From contig OY762721.1 of assembly GCA_963666345.1 (NCBI GenBank), forward strand, positions 1,216,001 through 1,280,000: 64,000 bases of DNA, read 5' to 3'. Below are positions 28,191 to 38,863 of the stretch, piece by piece. The notes under the pieces are model-generated. The model was not told the origin of the DNA, made no database searches, and was given only the letters and a program-made list of their open reading frames with translations. Made by a program: the position numbers and the translations under genes. Position 1 is the stretch's first letter; each line of letters opens with the position of its first letter. This DNA comes from Desulfatiglandales bacterium. Lineage in GTDB: Bacteria > Desulfobacterota > DSM-4660 > Desulfatiglandales > Desulfatiglandaceae.

Positions 28191-28820
28191 ATGATAGGTC
28201 TTATCTTCGCAACCGGCATGGAAGCCGGCCCTTTACTTGCTGAGGCTGAGGCTGTTTGCTTTGAAAATCGCCCCATCGCCCTCTATAAGTTTTTACCGGA
28301 AGCAAGCAATACTGAATGCCTGGTTGCAATCAGCGGAATGGGCGGAGTATCCGCAGCACTTTCGGCCCAGAGTCTCATATGCATTCACAAGGTTGAGAGG
28401 ATAATCCACGCAGGCATATGCGGGGCGCTTGTTCAGAACGAGTCTATAAAAATAGGCGAAGTCTTCAGGGTAACAGAGGCAAGGGAGGCATTGCGCAAAA
28501 AGAAAGTCTTTTCTCTTGACCGGGAATGGTGGAACGCACTCAAAGGTGCCAGCATGGTTACAAGCGAAAGGCCTGTTTTTGAAAAGGACACAAGGAAGAG
28601 ACTCTCCGCTTTAGGCGATCTTGTGGACATGGAATCGGCAGTCATTGCCCGGGTGGCGAAGATGTACGATGTCCCATGTTCGATAGTAAAAGGGGTTACC
28701 GATTTCGCAGACAGGGACGGCAAAGAGATGGTAAAGAAGACCATCGGCCCTGTGTCGGAAAAGGTTTCAAAGATAGTTTTGCAGGAACTGGGAAAAAAGC
28801 TAGGGAAAAAGCCTGAGTAG
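28191..28820 (+). CDS. MTA/SAH nucleosidase-like (PNP/UDP family) protein
   Basis: IGLIFATGMEA, SGMG, GICGAL, VDMESA, KGVTD. Confidence 0.8.
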   Translation: MIGLIFATGMEAGPLLAEAEAVCFENRPIALYKFLPEASNTECLVAISGMGGVSAALSAQSLICIHKVERIIHAGICGALVQNESIKIGEVFRVTEAREALRKKKVFSLDREWWNALKGASMVTSERPVFEKDTRKRLSALGDLVDMESAVIARVAKMYDVPCSIVKGVTDFADRDGKEMVKKTIGPVSEKVSKIVLQELGKKLGKKPE

Positions 28821-28838
28821 AAACTGCCACGGAAGACC

Positions 28839-29648
28839 ATGGACGAAAACCTTTACATAAAAAGGCTCCACAGGTCGAATCCACTGAGGGAACCCGCCGT
28901 CAAAAAGGCCCTGCAAAGGCTCGAACTTCCCGAGTCAAGCAGGGGACTTGATGCGGGTTGCGGCATCGGCCTTCAAGCTGTCACGCTTGCCCGTGATGTC
29001 GTCCCTGAAGGGCATATCACAGGCCTCGACATCTGCAAGGGATTTCTTGATGAGGCAAAAAGGATCATCGAGAAAAGGCACCTTACAGAAAGGATCACCT
29101 TAATACAGGCAGACATCAATTCCCTTCCTTTTGGATCCGATTCCTTTGACTGGCTCTGGAGTTCAGACAGTGCCTTCTACCCGTCGGGGGATTCCCTTTC
29201 ACTGATTAACGAATTTTCCCGGGTGGTAAAACCGGGAGGAATCATCGCCATACTTGCCTGGACTTCGCAGCAACTTCTGCCGGGTTACCCGCTTCTGGAG
29301 GCAAGACTTAACAGCACCTTTTCAGGAATCGCTCCCTTCCACATCGATATGAAACCTGAGAATCATTACCTGAGAACCTCCAGCTGGTTTACACGGGCGG
29401 GAATTGAAGGAATCGAGGTCGCAACCATTGCAGGAGATGCCCATGCGCCTTTAAGTGGCGAAATGCGTGACGCGCTCCTTGATCTGATCGAGATGAGATG
29501 GAAAGACGTCGAAACAGGGCTTGGCGGTTCCGATCTAAAAAAGTTCAAGAAACTCACCGATCCCGGCTCCACCGATTTCATCCTTGATCTTCCCGACTAC
29601 TACGCCTTTTTCACCTGTTCACTTTTTTACGGAAGGGCACCTGAATGA
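28839..29648 (+). CDS. Class I SAM-dependent methyltransferase
   Basis: LDAGCGIG, LPFGSDSFD, RVVKPGG. Confidence 0.9.
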   Translation: MDENLYIKRLHRSNPLREPAVKKALQRLELPESSRGLDAGCGIGLQAVTLARDVVPEGHITGLDICKGFLDEAKRIIEKRHLTERITLIQADINSLPFGSDSFDWLWSSDSAFYPSGDSLSLINEFSRVVKPGGIIAILAWTSQQLLPGYPLLEARLNSTFSGIAPFHIDMKPENHYLRTSSWFTRAGIEGIEVATIAGDAHAPLSGEMRDALLDLIEMRWKDVETGLGGSDLKKFKKLTDPGSTDFILDLPDYYAFFTCSLFYGRAPE

Positions 29649-29713
29649 TGGAGACGAAAATAAATTTTCTTATATTTTCCAATACAGGCAGACTTAAATA
29701 TTACAGTTTGTTC

Positions 29714-30487
29714 TCACATCAGAAGCCCGTATTCCCTCAGGGCTCTTAACACATTCACAAACCCGGAAAGGCCTATGGAAATAAAAACAATCTTGAGAAA
29801 GACACCATGGGATACCCTTCGTGTCACAAAATGACCAATAACCGCAAAAATAAACACTATTGGAATTCCAATTCCGGTAAGCTTCAAGATGTTCATTGTT
29901 ATTCCCTCACCCCAAATTAAGATACTTATGAGTCGACAAATTGACGCGCTGAAAAAAAGCACCTGTAAGGTGAGCTTTGCACCTACCGCATCTCTATGCC
30001 TGGAATATACAAAGAGGGCGATAAGAGGCCCGGCGGCGGCAAATGCCCCGGCAATGAAACCGCTTATCAATCCGATAAGGATTCCCAGGCTATTATTTAA
30101 AGCTTTTTTAATTTGTGGTCTAAAGATGTGATTAATTGCGAATAAAATTAAAACGATTCCCAGTGCGAATCTGAATACGGGTTGTTTTCCGAAATGAAGG
30201 ATAAAGCCATAGCCTATTGGAACCCCCAAAGCCTCACCGACTAAAATAAGCCCCGCTGTTCTCCACTCTATTTTACTTTCCTTCCTGCCGGCCCATATTA
30301 TTGTGCTGTTGAGAAACATCAAAAGAAGAGTCAGGACAAGTGTGAAACGCTCTAAATCACAGGATGTAAAAGCTATGCCGGCCATGACGATTATACCGAA
30401 GCCAAGGCCGGTAAAGCCTTCGACAAAAGCGGCAAAAGCCACTACAGAAAGATAAAGCAATAAAACGTAGGTCCCGTCCAGCATCAT
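29714..30487 (-). CDS. TSUP (TauE/SafE) family exporter
   Basis: GFTGLGFG, G..SG..AG....GP, multiple hydrophobic segments. Confidence 0.85.
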   Translation of the reverse strand: MMLDGTYVLLLYLSVVAFAAFVEGFTGLGFGIIVMAGIAFTSCDLERFTLVLTLLLMFLNSTIIWAGRKESKIEWRTAGLILVGEALGVPIGYGFILHFGKQPVFRFALGIVLILFAINHIFRPQIKKALNNSLGILIGLISGFIAGAFAAAGPLIALFVYSRHRDAVGAKLTLQVLFFSASICRLISILIWGEGITMNILKLTGIGIPIVFIFAVIGHFVTRRVSHGVFLKIVFISIGLSGFVNVLRALREYGLLM

Positions 30488-30581
30488 GGTATTATCACCA
30501 TTTTAACCGCTTGCGATGTAATTTCAGCTGTCCCGCGAATAGAGAATCAACGTGGCTCTTGTAATATCCATGCTGCCAAAC

Positions 30582-32543
30582 TTAAAAGTCTGTTGCCATA
30601 TCACCCGCATATAAATCCATCTTTATATTTTTATTTCTCCGCCTAAGCCATACAATCAATGCAAAAGTAAAAACAACCCCGAAGATATCAGTGTATGCGC
30701 CTGGAATTATGAGAAGCATGGCAACTAAAAAAACGGCGATTCTCATAACCACCCCGATTTTTTGTCTATAAAAACCGACTGTACCTATAGCCATCAATAA
30801 TGCAGATATACATGTAACGAACACCGTCCCGATGATACTGTACCATTTTCCCATAGCTAATATTGAAGGGCGGAAAATGAAAAAAAACGGAAGGATGTAC
30901 TTCATAATAGCCAGTCTTATAGATACACCGGCAACTTTCAGCCAGTTTGCCTCGGCAATCGAGGAAGCAGCATAGACGGCAGTACATACCGGTGGAGTAA
31001 GACCTGAAAGTATCGCACAATAAAAGATAAACATATGCGCACATATCGGAGGGACATCCATCATCTGAAGTGCGGGACCCACTACAGATGCCGCAAGAAC
31101 ATATGCGGCGGTAGTCGGGATTCCCATTCCAAGGATCAAGCTGACCACTGCGGCCAAAACCAATGCAAGAAAAAGGTCACCTGAACTGGCCCCGATAATC
31201 ATTTCACTGAGCTTTATACCCGCGCCGCTCAATGAAATCATGGCGATCGTTATCTGCGCGCATATCAGAAGGCTAACAACCGTCACCATTCCCTTTCCTG
31301 CCTGCCTGACTCCCTCCAGGATAATCAAAAGTCTTCCCAGGATATCTTTCCTGTTTAATGGGTTTATAAATACATAAAGCCCGAGATTTGTTATGATTCC
31401 CCAAAAAGCCGCCTTTGTTGGTGTATGCCCCATAAAAAGGCTTATAAGCAATACTAAAATCGTCAAACCGATAGGCCCGCTTGTGCCCCAACTCAATACG
31501 CTTCGCAAGGTCGGAATTTCCTCTGGAGGCACCCTGTCCATTTTTGCCTTTCTGGCCTCAAGATCAATACTGACCCAGACGCAGGTATAAAAAAGCAGGG
31601 CGGGTAATGTTGCCGCTAAAGCTATTTTCAGATAGGGTTCGCTAATTAATTCACTCATTATGAATGCACCTGCACCCATTATCGGCGGGGTTATCTGGCC
31701 ACCGGAAGACGCTGTAGCCTCAACGCCTCCTGCAAAATGATTGGGATAACCCAATCTTTTCATCATCGGAATTGTGAAATTACCAGTCGTTGCGACATTT
31801 GCAATTGCACTGCCGGATAGCATCCCGAACAGGCCGCTTGCAACTGTGGCCACCTTTGCCGCTCCACCATACGACCTTCCTCCGGCAACTAAAGCTATCT
31901 TCATGAAACTGCTTGCACCGCCGGTTATCAACAGTATGGAACCGAAGATTATAAACGCGGCCACAAGTGTGGCGGAAATGCCTGTCAGCACACCCCAAAT
32001 TCCTTCCGAGCCGATATACAGGTACTCAACGATATACTCAAAGCTGAAACCGCAATGTCCCCAATAGCCGGGGATATGTTTTCCAACAAGCGCATAACAC
32101 ATGCTGACTAATGCTATAATGGGCAAGATCATTCCGGTCGCACGCCTGGCAGCTTCAAGAACCAAGATGACCAGCAGCAGTCCCATTATTACTTCAGAGG
32201 GCATTGCCTGTAGACCCACGCTTTCCATTAATCTGTCATAACTGAATATTACATATGCGCAAAGAAAGGCTGAAGCGCCTGCCAGGATAATATTTAGGAT
32301 ACTAGGTCTGTCCTTAAGCCTCTTTTTCTTAGAAAATGGAAATAACAAAAAACAAAGGACCAAACTGAATCCGGCATGTATCGCTCTTTGAATCATATTT
32401 GGATATTGACCGAAACCGGCGGTATAGAGTTGAAAAAATACGAATAGGATACAAATGACACCTACGGCCGTGTTCCAAAAAGGTCTATAACCAGCATATT
32501 CTTCCGAATTTTCTTCAACTCCACTATTTTTCAAGTTAGCCAT
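30582..32543 (-). CDS. TRAP transporter fused 4TM/12TM permease
   Basis: SGSAIANVATTG..TIPMMK, EATASSGGQITPPIMGAGAF, LGMGIPTTAAY, LTPPV. Confidence 0.93.
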   Translation of the reverse strand: MANLKNSGVEENSEEYAGYRPFWNTAVGVICILFVFFQLYTAGFGQYPNMIQRAIHAGFSLVLCFLLFPFSKKKRLKDRPSILNIILAGASAFLCAYVIFSYDRLMESVGLQAMPSEVIMGLLLVILVLEAARRATGMILPIIALVSMCYALVGKHIPGYWGHCGFSFEYIVEYLYIGSEGIWGVLTGISATLVAAFIIFGSILLITGGASSFMKIALVAGGRSYGGAAKVATVASGLFGMLSGSAIANVATTGNFTIPMMKRLGYPNHFAGGVEATASSGGQITPPIMGAGAFIMSELISEPYLKIALAATLPALLFYTCVWVSIDLEARKAKMDRVPPEEIPTLRSVLSWGTSGPIGLTILVLLISLFMGHTPTKAAFWGIITNLGLYVFINPLNRKDILGRLLIILEGVRQAGKGMVTVVSLLICAQITIAMISLSGAGIKLSEMIIGASSGDLFLALVLAAVVSLILGMGIPTTAAYVLAASVVGPALQMMDVPPICAHMFIFYCAILSGLTPPVCTAVYAASSIAEANWLKVAGVSIRLAIMKYILPFFFIFRPSILAMGKWYSIIGTVFVTCISALLMAIGTVGFYRQKIGVVMRIAVFLVAMLLIIPGAYTDIFGVVFTFALIVWLRRRNKNIKMDLYAGDMATDF

Positions 32544-32691
32544 CTAAACACCCCGCCGTCTATTAAAGCTAAGTTTTAATTCAAAGTTATAGAATCTCAA
32601 TCTTCATAAACAAAAAATCGGTTATAAAGGGGAAGGTCCCTGAATTGGTTAGTAAAAGTGCCTAAAAAACCCATTTAGGACTCTTAACGAA

Positions 32692-32731
32692 AAAAAGGCG
32701 GCCCGAATTTTTTATCTAGGGCCGCCTTTTT
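32692..32731 (-). terminator. Intrinsic terminator-like hairpin between TAXI and permease genes
   Basis: AAAAGGCGGCCC...GGGCCGCCTTTT with A/T tails on both sides. Confidence 0.7.
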
Positions 32732-32733
32732 AT

Positions 32734-33759
32734 TTACTTTCCTTCCGGGGGTATAAGGTTATCAGGAATTTTTATTCCAATTTCTCTGAAATATCTTATG
32801 GTCCCCATATGCAGCGGGAATTTTGTAAATTTCATCGTCATTTTTGGAATATCAAAGCCTTTCATTGCGGGGTAAGCCGCTTCTTGAAACTTTTTTTCCT
32901 CACACAATGTTTTAACTATTGTGTATACTTGATCTTCTGTAATACTGTCGTTGTAGCCGATATATCCTATGCATTGAACCGGGGTTGTATATTCCGGCAC
33001 ATCTTCAGCGGCAACTCCCTCAGGAACCGTAGTAAAATTAAGATAAGGCAGATATTTGTTTACTTGAACGATCTGGTCCTTATTCCAGTCCAATATCCTT
33101 ACTTTTGTAAATGCCCTCAGTTCTTTGGTTGAAGCATCTAGAAAGAGTCCGCCCCCGGCCTTTACATAACCGCATATACGGTTGTCCTTTACCGCCGCAA
33201 CTGCATCAGCAAGACCTCCGCGGTAATATTCCGGCTTTATTCCAAGGCTATCCATAGTTGATTGAACAAGGACTTCACAGGCCGTTCCCCTATATCCGGG
33301 ACAGAACTTTTTGCCTTCCAGTTCTTTCAGCTTTGTAATACCGCTGTCAGCTCTAACGATATAATTCTGGGCATTAAAACTGTAAAGCCAAAGGGCCCTT
33401 GTCTTCTTCCTCGCTCGATCCTTAAATTTTCCCATTCCGTTGTAGGCTTCATAGAATACCGCAAAGGTACCAAGGCCGATTTGCAACTGCCCTCTATTGA
33501 TTCTCTCGAGATTATCGACAGCCCCGCCTGTGGCAACTGTAGTGACATTGAATTCGTCACCATTTACTGTATTGATTGTCTTTCCAGCCGATACAGCATA
33601 AACATAGTGGCTCGAGGAAGTACTGCACGCACCGCTCAATATTCTTACAGGCTCAGCTTGAATAGCAGTTACAGTCATAAAAAACATAAAAGCACTCATC
33701 AGGAATACCAGTTTGATTCTTGGGTGTTTTACATGCATGCTCGTTCTCCTTTCTTTCAT
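32734..33759 (-). CDS. TAXI family TRAP solute-binding protein
   Basis: Signal peptide, ATGGAVDNL, PLHMGTIRYFREIG. Confidence 0.9.
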   Translation of the reverse strand: MKERRTSMHVKHPRIKLVFLMSAFMFFMTVTAIQAEPVRILSGACSTSSSHYVYAVSAGKTINTVNGDEFNVTTVATGGAVDNLERINRGQLQIGLGTFAVFYEAYNGMGKFKDRARKKTRALWLYSFNAQNYIVRADSGITKLKELEGKKFCPGYRGTACEVLVQSTMDSLGIKPEYYRGGLADAVAAVKDNRICGYVKAGGGLFLDASTKELRAFTKVRILDWNKDQIVQVNKYLPYLNFTTVPEGVAAEDVPEYTTPVQCIGYIGYNDSITEDQVYTIVKTLCEEKKFQEAAYPAMKGFDIPKMTMKFTKFPLHMGTIRYFREIGIKIPDNLIPPEGK

Positions 33760-33871
33760 CTAATTCAAAGCTTAAATTTTTATTGCTCCTTCGAAACCAC
33801 TAAGAATTGCCATTTTAAAATATAGAGTCGCGGAATATTCCTCCTATGATATTTGTTAATGAGTCATTTAA

Positions 33872-35188
33872 TCAGATCTTGATATCATTTCTTTCCATTG
33901 CCTCCCGTTCTATCTCCTTTCTGAAATTTGGATGGCATATTTCTAACAATGCCTTTGCCCGTTGACTCATATTTTTTCCTCTTAGTTCTGCGATTCCATA
34001 TTCGGTTACAACATAATCAGCAAGCGTTCTGGGAGTGGTCACACCCGCACCCTTTTTGAGGTTTGCCACTATCCTTGAGAACTTTCCTCTTCCAGCAGTG
34101 GAAGGCATAGCTATTACGAATTTACCACCCTTAGCCAAGGAAGCCCCAAGTGCAAAATCCAGCTGTCCACCCACACCGGTAAAAAGAGTGGAACCGATAC
34201 TTTCCGCACAAATCTGCCCTGTAACATCAACTTCAATGGCTGAGTTTATTGCTATAAATTTGCAATTTTCAGCTATTACTTGCGGGTTATTGGTGTAGCT
34301 AACCTCATGAAACTCGGCTATAGGGTTATCATTAAGAAAATCAAACAATATTTTACTGCCCATAACAAAAGTGGCTATCACCTTGCAGGGGTGAAGAGAC
34401 TTTTTTCTGCCGGTAATTACACCTCTTTTTAAAAGATCCACTATCCCATCACCAAACATCTCCGTATGAATACCGATATCCTTATGATCTTTGAGGCATG
34501 AAAGTATTGCGTTAGGGATTCCACCTATTCCCAGTTGAAGAGTTGACCCATCTTCAATTAGACTCGCGACATTTTTCCCAATCTTGAATTCTACTTCTCC
34601 AAGAATGGGAGAAATGGATTCGTAAAGCGGGTAATCGGATTCAATTATATAATCAAGATCCGATATATGAATTCGAGATCCGGATGTTGATGGGACTTTT
34701 GAATTTATTTCTCCAATGGTAATTTTTGCCATCTTGGCTGCAGTTGGCAGATAAGAAGTACAAATGCCATAACTGCAATACCCATACGAGTCAGGTGGTG
34801 AAAGCTGTAGTAATGCGATATCCGGCTTTACATAACCGTCTTTCATCAAGCGAGGCATCTCCCAATAGCGATTTGGGATGTAATCTGCTCTTCCGTCACA
34901 CATGGCTTTCCGGCTATTAGGACCAAGCATGCATGCGTTATGGAAAAAGCTTTTGGAATAGCACGGCTCTAAATATTCTGCTTCACCCTCGACTCTTACA
35001 TGGGTGATCACCACATTTCTTAGTTCTTCATGTCGCTTTACCAAGGCCTTTATAAATTCCCTTGGCGAGCCGTTTGAATGCCCTGTTATAATCAAGTTAT
35101 TCGATTTTACTAACTGCGCTGCTTCACCTGGGCTGACATAATTACATTTACAATTGAAATTGTGGCTATTTTGCTTGACTAACTTCAT
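33872..35188 (-). CDS. Family I CoA-transferase (4-hydroxybutyrate CoA-transferase/acetyl-CoA hydrolase-like)
   Basis: LQLGIGGIP, GIHTEM (catalytic Glu intact), GVGGQLDF, VVTEYG. Confidence 0.92.
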   Translation of the reverse strand: MKLVKQNSHNFNCKCNYVSPGEAAQLVKSNNLIITGHSNGSPREFIKALVKRHEELRNVVITHVRVEGEAEYLEPCYSKSFFHNACMLGPNSRKAMCDGRADYIPNRYWEMPRLMKDGYVKPDIALLQLSPPDSYGYCSYGICTSYLPTAAKMAKITIGEINSKVPSTSGSRIHISDLDYIIESDYPLYESISPILGEVEFKIGKNVASLIEDGSTLQLGIGGIPNAILSCLKDHKDIGIHTEMFGDGIVDLLKRGVITGRKKSLHPCKVIATFVMGSKILFDFLNDNPIAEFHEVSYTNNPQVIAENCKFIAINSAIEVDVTGQICAESIGSTLFTGVGGQLDFALGASLAKGGKFVIAMPSTAGRGKFSRIVANLKKGAGVTTPRTLADYVVTEYGIAELRGKNMSQRAKALLEICHPNFRKEIEREAMERNDIKI

Positions 35189-35273
35189 ATAATTCCTCCT
35201 ATTTTTTTCAACTTCAAAGAGGACGACAATAATATATTCATAATATTTACCGTTTATTATGTTTACTTAACAA

Positions 35274-35301
35274 GCGACCCCGCAGCAGGCTGCGGGGTCG
35301 C
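35274..35301. repeat. Perfect GC-rich hairpin (REP-like or RNA-stabilising)
   Basis: GCGACCCCGCAGC-AG-GCTGCGGGGTCGC, 13-bp perfect arms, inside an AT-rich spacer. Confidence 0.7.
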
Positions 35302-35362
35302 CAGACGCAGCAGCAAATACAGCTCTGGGAAATTGTACCCTATGGGCCAAATATAACTATTA

Positions 35363-36904
35363 TCAGTATGAAGTTGGCCAGCAATGCATAAGGTGTTGTC
35401 CTATTCCATTGGTTTTATAGTTAAAATGATAAGTCAACATATTGATCAACCAATCGCGCGTATGTGCCGGTTCGATAACATCATTAAGGTTGAAAATTCT
35501 AGCTGCATTCCAGGGTTCTTTGTCTAAGTCCATTATCTTCATTTTTTCTGCAAATTTTTCGGGATCATCTTCTTTTTTCATATTATAGACTACGTTTACT
35601 CCCGTTTCAGGCGCCATAAAACTGATTTCGGCACTCGGCCATGCAACGATAGTATCCGAATTTCTTCCGCCACCCATATTCAGGAAGGCCTGACCATAGG
35701 TCTTTCGTACGACAACTGTGAGCTTTGGCACCGTTACGAGGGTAAGGGCATTCATAAAATTGATTATCTTTCCTGTAAGCTTCTTTCTCTCCCCTTCCAC
35801 GCCAACAAGAAATCCCGGAGTATCAACAAACATTAGTATGGGAATGTTATAGGAATCGCATAATACCAGGAAGTTTGTTATCTTCTCGCAGGCATCAGCA
35901 TCAAGGGCACCAGCTCGATGCATAGGGTTGTTCGCAATTATCCCGACAGACTTGCCTCCGATTCGTGCGAGTGTTGTAATTGCCGATCTTGCGAAATTAG
36001 CCTTAAGTTCAAAAAGTTCACTTCCATCGACTATTACCTTCAATATTTTTTTCATATCGTATACACGACTCGGACTTTCAGGAAGATATTTGAGGATGTC
36101 AGGCATTTCTTTTCCCGAACCGGCGGGAACTGGTGCGGTTGGTGGAAGCTGAGACGAATTTGTAGGCAGATAGGACAGAAAGTTTTTTAAAATATCTATA
36201 CATTCCTCATCGGTTTCACCCAGCATGTCCGCCAGGCCCGTAATTTCCGAATGAAGACGCCATCCACCCAGTTCTTCCCAGGGAGTCTCCTCTCCTGTTG
36301 CCAGACATGTAACTTTTGGGCTGGATACCGCCAAGATGGCCCCTTTTTTCATGACTCTAAAATCGGACATCATCGTATACCACGTGGGACTTCCAAAACA
36401 TGGCCCCAGCATCGCGGCAACCCAAGGCGCCTCTCTAAGTCTCTGGTATTGCGTAGGGTCATTACCCAACATGGTTACCATGCCTTTCGAACCCATATTA
36501 TCTGGCATTCTTGCCCCACCGGCTTCTCCCAAAAAGACCAGAGGGATACCTTTTCCGCAAACCATCCTTTTTAGATAACCAACTTTTTTTCCATTGACAC
36601 CGGCACTCGAGGCCCCCAAAACTGTAAGATCACAACTGAGAGATCCGACAGGCCGGCCATCTATTTTGCCAAATCCGATAACCTTCCCATCGCAGGGCGA
36701 CCTGCCTTCCATCGCCTTTTCAGCCGACTCGGTGAAAAGTCCGACTTCCTGAAAAGTATTCTCATCAAGCAGGTAGTCCATGCGCTCTCTTGCATTTAGC
36801 CACCCATTTTCCTTATACTTCTGAAGTTTCTTTTCTCCACCCATTGAAAGTGAATATTCTTTTCTTTCTTCAAATTTTTTCATAGCCGCTTCAAAATTAG
36901 CCAT
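35363..36904 (-). CDS. Acyl-CoA carboxyltransferase (PccB/MmdA-like)
   Basis: NARER..L.D, GGARMP, EELGG..H, VDTPGFLVG, RKTYG.A, AWPSAEISFM. Confidence 0.92.
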   Translation of the reverse strand: MANFEAAMKKFEERKEYSLSMGGEKKLQKYKENGWLNARERMDYLLDENTFQEVGLFTESAEKAMEGRSPCDGKVIGFGKIDGRPVGSLSCDLTVLGASSAGVNGKKVGYLKRMVCGKGIPLVFLGEAGGARMPDNMGSKGMVTMLGNDPTQYQRLREAPWVAAMLGPCFGSPTWYTMMSDFRVMKKGAILAVSSPKVTCLATGEETPWEELGGWRLHSEITGLADMLGETDEECIDILKNFLSYLPTNSSQLPPTAPVPAGSGKEMPDILKYLPESPSRVYDMKKILKVIVDGSELFELKANFARSAITTLARIGGKSVGIIANNPMHRAGALDADACEKITNFLVLCDSYNIPILMFVDTPGFLVGVEGERKKLTGKIINFMNALTLVTVPKLTVVVRKTYGQAFLNMGGGRNSDTIVAWPSAEISFMAPETGVNVVYNMKKEDDPEKFAEKMKIMDLDKEPWNAARIFNLNDVIEPAHTRDWLINMLTYHFNYKTNGIGQHLMHCWPTSY

Positions 36905-36934
36905 GGTTATCTCCTTATCTTTTAATCGAGCTGT

Positions 36935-37150
36935 CTAAATTGATACTATTACAGCACCTGTTTCCACTGCATCACCGACACCGCATTTCACTTCACTAAT
37001 CGTGCCACCTTCGAATGCGACTACAGGAATCTCCATCTTCATAGCTTCCATAATTACAACCTCATCTCCTTCGCTGATGCTGTCTCCGGGAGAAACCTTA
37101 ACCTCTATTACCTTTCCTGCCATTGGAGCTGTTATGTCACCCATTTTCAT
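36935..37150 (-). CDS. Biotin carboxyl carrier protein
   Basis: APMAG...EAMKME biotinylation motif. Confidence 0.92.
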   Translation of the reverse strand: MKMGDITAPMAGKVIEVKVSPGDSISEGDEVVIMEAMKMEIPVVAFEGGTISEVKCGVGDAVETGAVIVSI

Positions 37151-37275
37151 TACCTCCTATCTAATATAAATTATTAATAATTTCAGATGTTCCACCTACC
37201 TACTGTCTTGCAAGACTATTATGTAAAATATATTGTATAACATTTATGTCAAGCTTTATTTTATTATGATTTTGT

Positions 37276-37291
37276 TGCAAATGATGTGCCA
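37276..37291 (-). promoter_or_regulatory. sigma54 promoter of the carboxyltransferase/TRAP operon
   Basis: Minus strand TGGCAC-ATCAT-TTGCA. Confidence 0.75.
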
Positions 37292-37719
37292 ACCATTTCG
37301 CCATCCACGCTAACCCGAAAAATCCGATGATATTGAGCCGGTTACGATATCTCCCCTGTTTTATCTCTATTTCCTGCGGAAAAGACTGGTGTCACAAAAT
37401 TTTACGCATTGTAAAGAAAATATTGGCATTCATGCACCTCTACCTCGCATGATCAGCAATACCTTTACCCATTAAAGGAAGACAGCTCTGCCTGACAATA
37501 TCGATAAAAAGCGATTCAAAATCAGAGCATCGGCCGATTGCCGCACGGTTTTTGAAGGAACCATACGGGCATCTTTGATTTCCGGATGGTTCCTGATTAG
37601 TGGGATTGATTAATTAGGGATAATGGTCAGACGTGCTATCTAGCGCACAATCATAAATACTGGGGAGGATTGGATTGATTTTAGGTATACATGAGACTTA
37701 GGAAGCGCTATCCATTAGG

Positions 37720-38400
37720 CTAAAGCACCCATTTGCTATATTTTTTGTAATAATTTAATGCACTTCTTAGATTGTCTCTACGTGCCAGCTCCGCCTTCTC
37801 AGGTTCTTTATCCATAATCGCTTTCAGGACTTTTCTGTGCTCTTCCATCGCAAGCCGCATCCTGCCAGGCAATACAATAAGTCTTCGTTGAACAATTATC
37901 ATTTTGGTAAAAATTAGGTCATTCAATCTGGAAAGCTCATTGTTCCTTGCAGCTGCAAACATCTTGGTTTGAAATTCCGAGACTAGATTGAAATAGGTAT
38001 CCAGGTCATTTTCTTCAACCGCTCGCTCTATTGTTTCTCCAAACTTTCCAGAAAGTTCCTCCCATTCGGATGGATCTGATTTTTCAGCGGCCAATCTGGC
38101 GGCCAAACCCTCAAGGGATTCCCTGACCTGCATTATTTCGATAAGCGAATTGAAATCGATTCTTCTTACAACGGCACCCTTATTAGGTTCTTTTTCCACT
38201 AGGCCCCTGCTCTCCAGATCTATAAGTATTTCCCTGGCGAGCGGCCTGCTGATTTTGAATTCCAGTGTCAGGTCCTGCTCATTCAGTTTTGATCCCGGCA
38301 GATAGATACCCTCAACTATTCGATTCCTCAGCACCTCCGAAACATCGGCTCGATTGTTTTTAACTACATCTTTTTCTTTTTTCTTCATTATGCACCTCAA
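37720..38400 (-). CDS. GntR family regulator (FCD domain)
   Basis: PGSKLNEQDL...ISRPLARE...GLV...NKGA; RESLEG; AARN; EH. Confidence 0.92.
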   Translation of the reverse strand: MRCIMKKKEKDVVKNNRADVSEVLRNRIVEGIYLPGSKLNEQDLTLEFKISRPLAREILIDLESRGLVEKEPNKGAVVRRIDFNSLIEIMQVRESLEGLAARLAAEKSDPSEWEELSGKFGETIERAVEENDLDTYFNLVSEFQTKMFAAARNNELSRLNDLIFTKMIIVQRRLIVLPGRMRLAMEEHRKVLKAIMDKEPEKAELARRDNLRSALNYYKKYSKWVL

Positions 38401-38863
38401 AGTATATTTTTAATGTGTTACAAATAATACTTGTTTGTTTGTATGTCAACATTGTCTTATAAATGTACAAATCGAAATCAAATTGTTGTCTCAACAAGCT
38501 TGAATCAATTCACAATGCTCTTTTAATCATTTTATCCTCCAGGCCAAAAACAGATCGCTTGGAAAAACCTACAAGATGATCCTGATTCGCTTCTCCTGAA
38601 GCACGAACGATGGAGATTGCAGAATGCCGTTTTTAAAAACCACGCTCATCAAGTACCAAAATTCACCTCCCCGGCTTCCACGAAAAACCTTGCCAATGCC
38701 CCTAATCTTGTTACTACATGGTCCTAAACCGGATTCATTTATATTGACTTTCTGCCCTCTTTTGGGAACTCTTAAGAACCGCCTTATCTATAAAGCATCA
38801 AGCCTTATCGAATCGCAATGGCGGAAAATCACTTTTGGAAAACCACTCTTAAAGGAACGGAAA

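Noticed and set aside
29650..38620. Island as an intact mobile element
   Set aside because: No integrase, transposase, tRNA or flanking direct repeats were seen.
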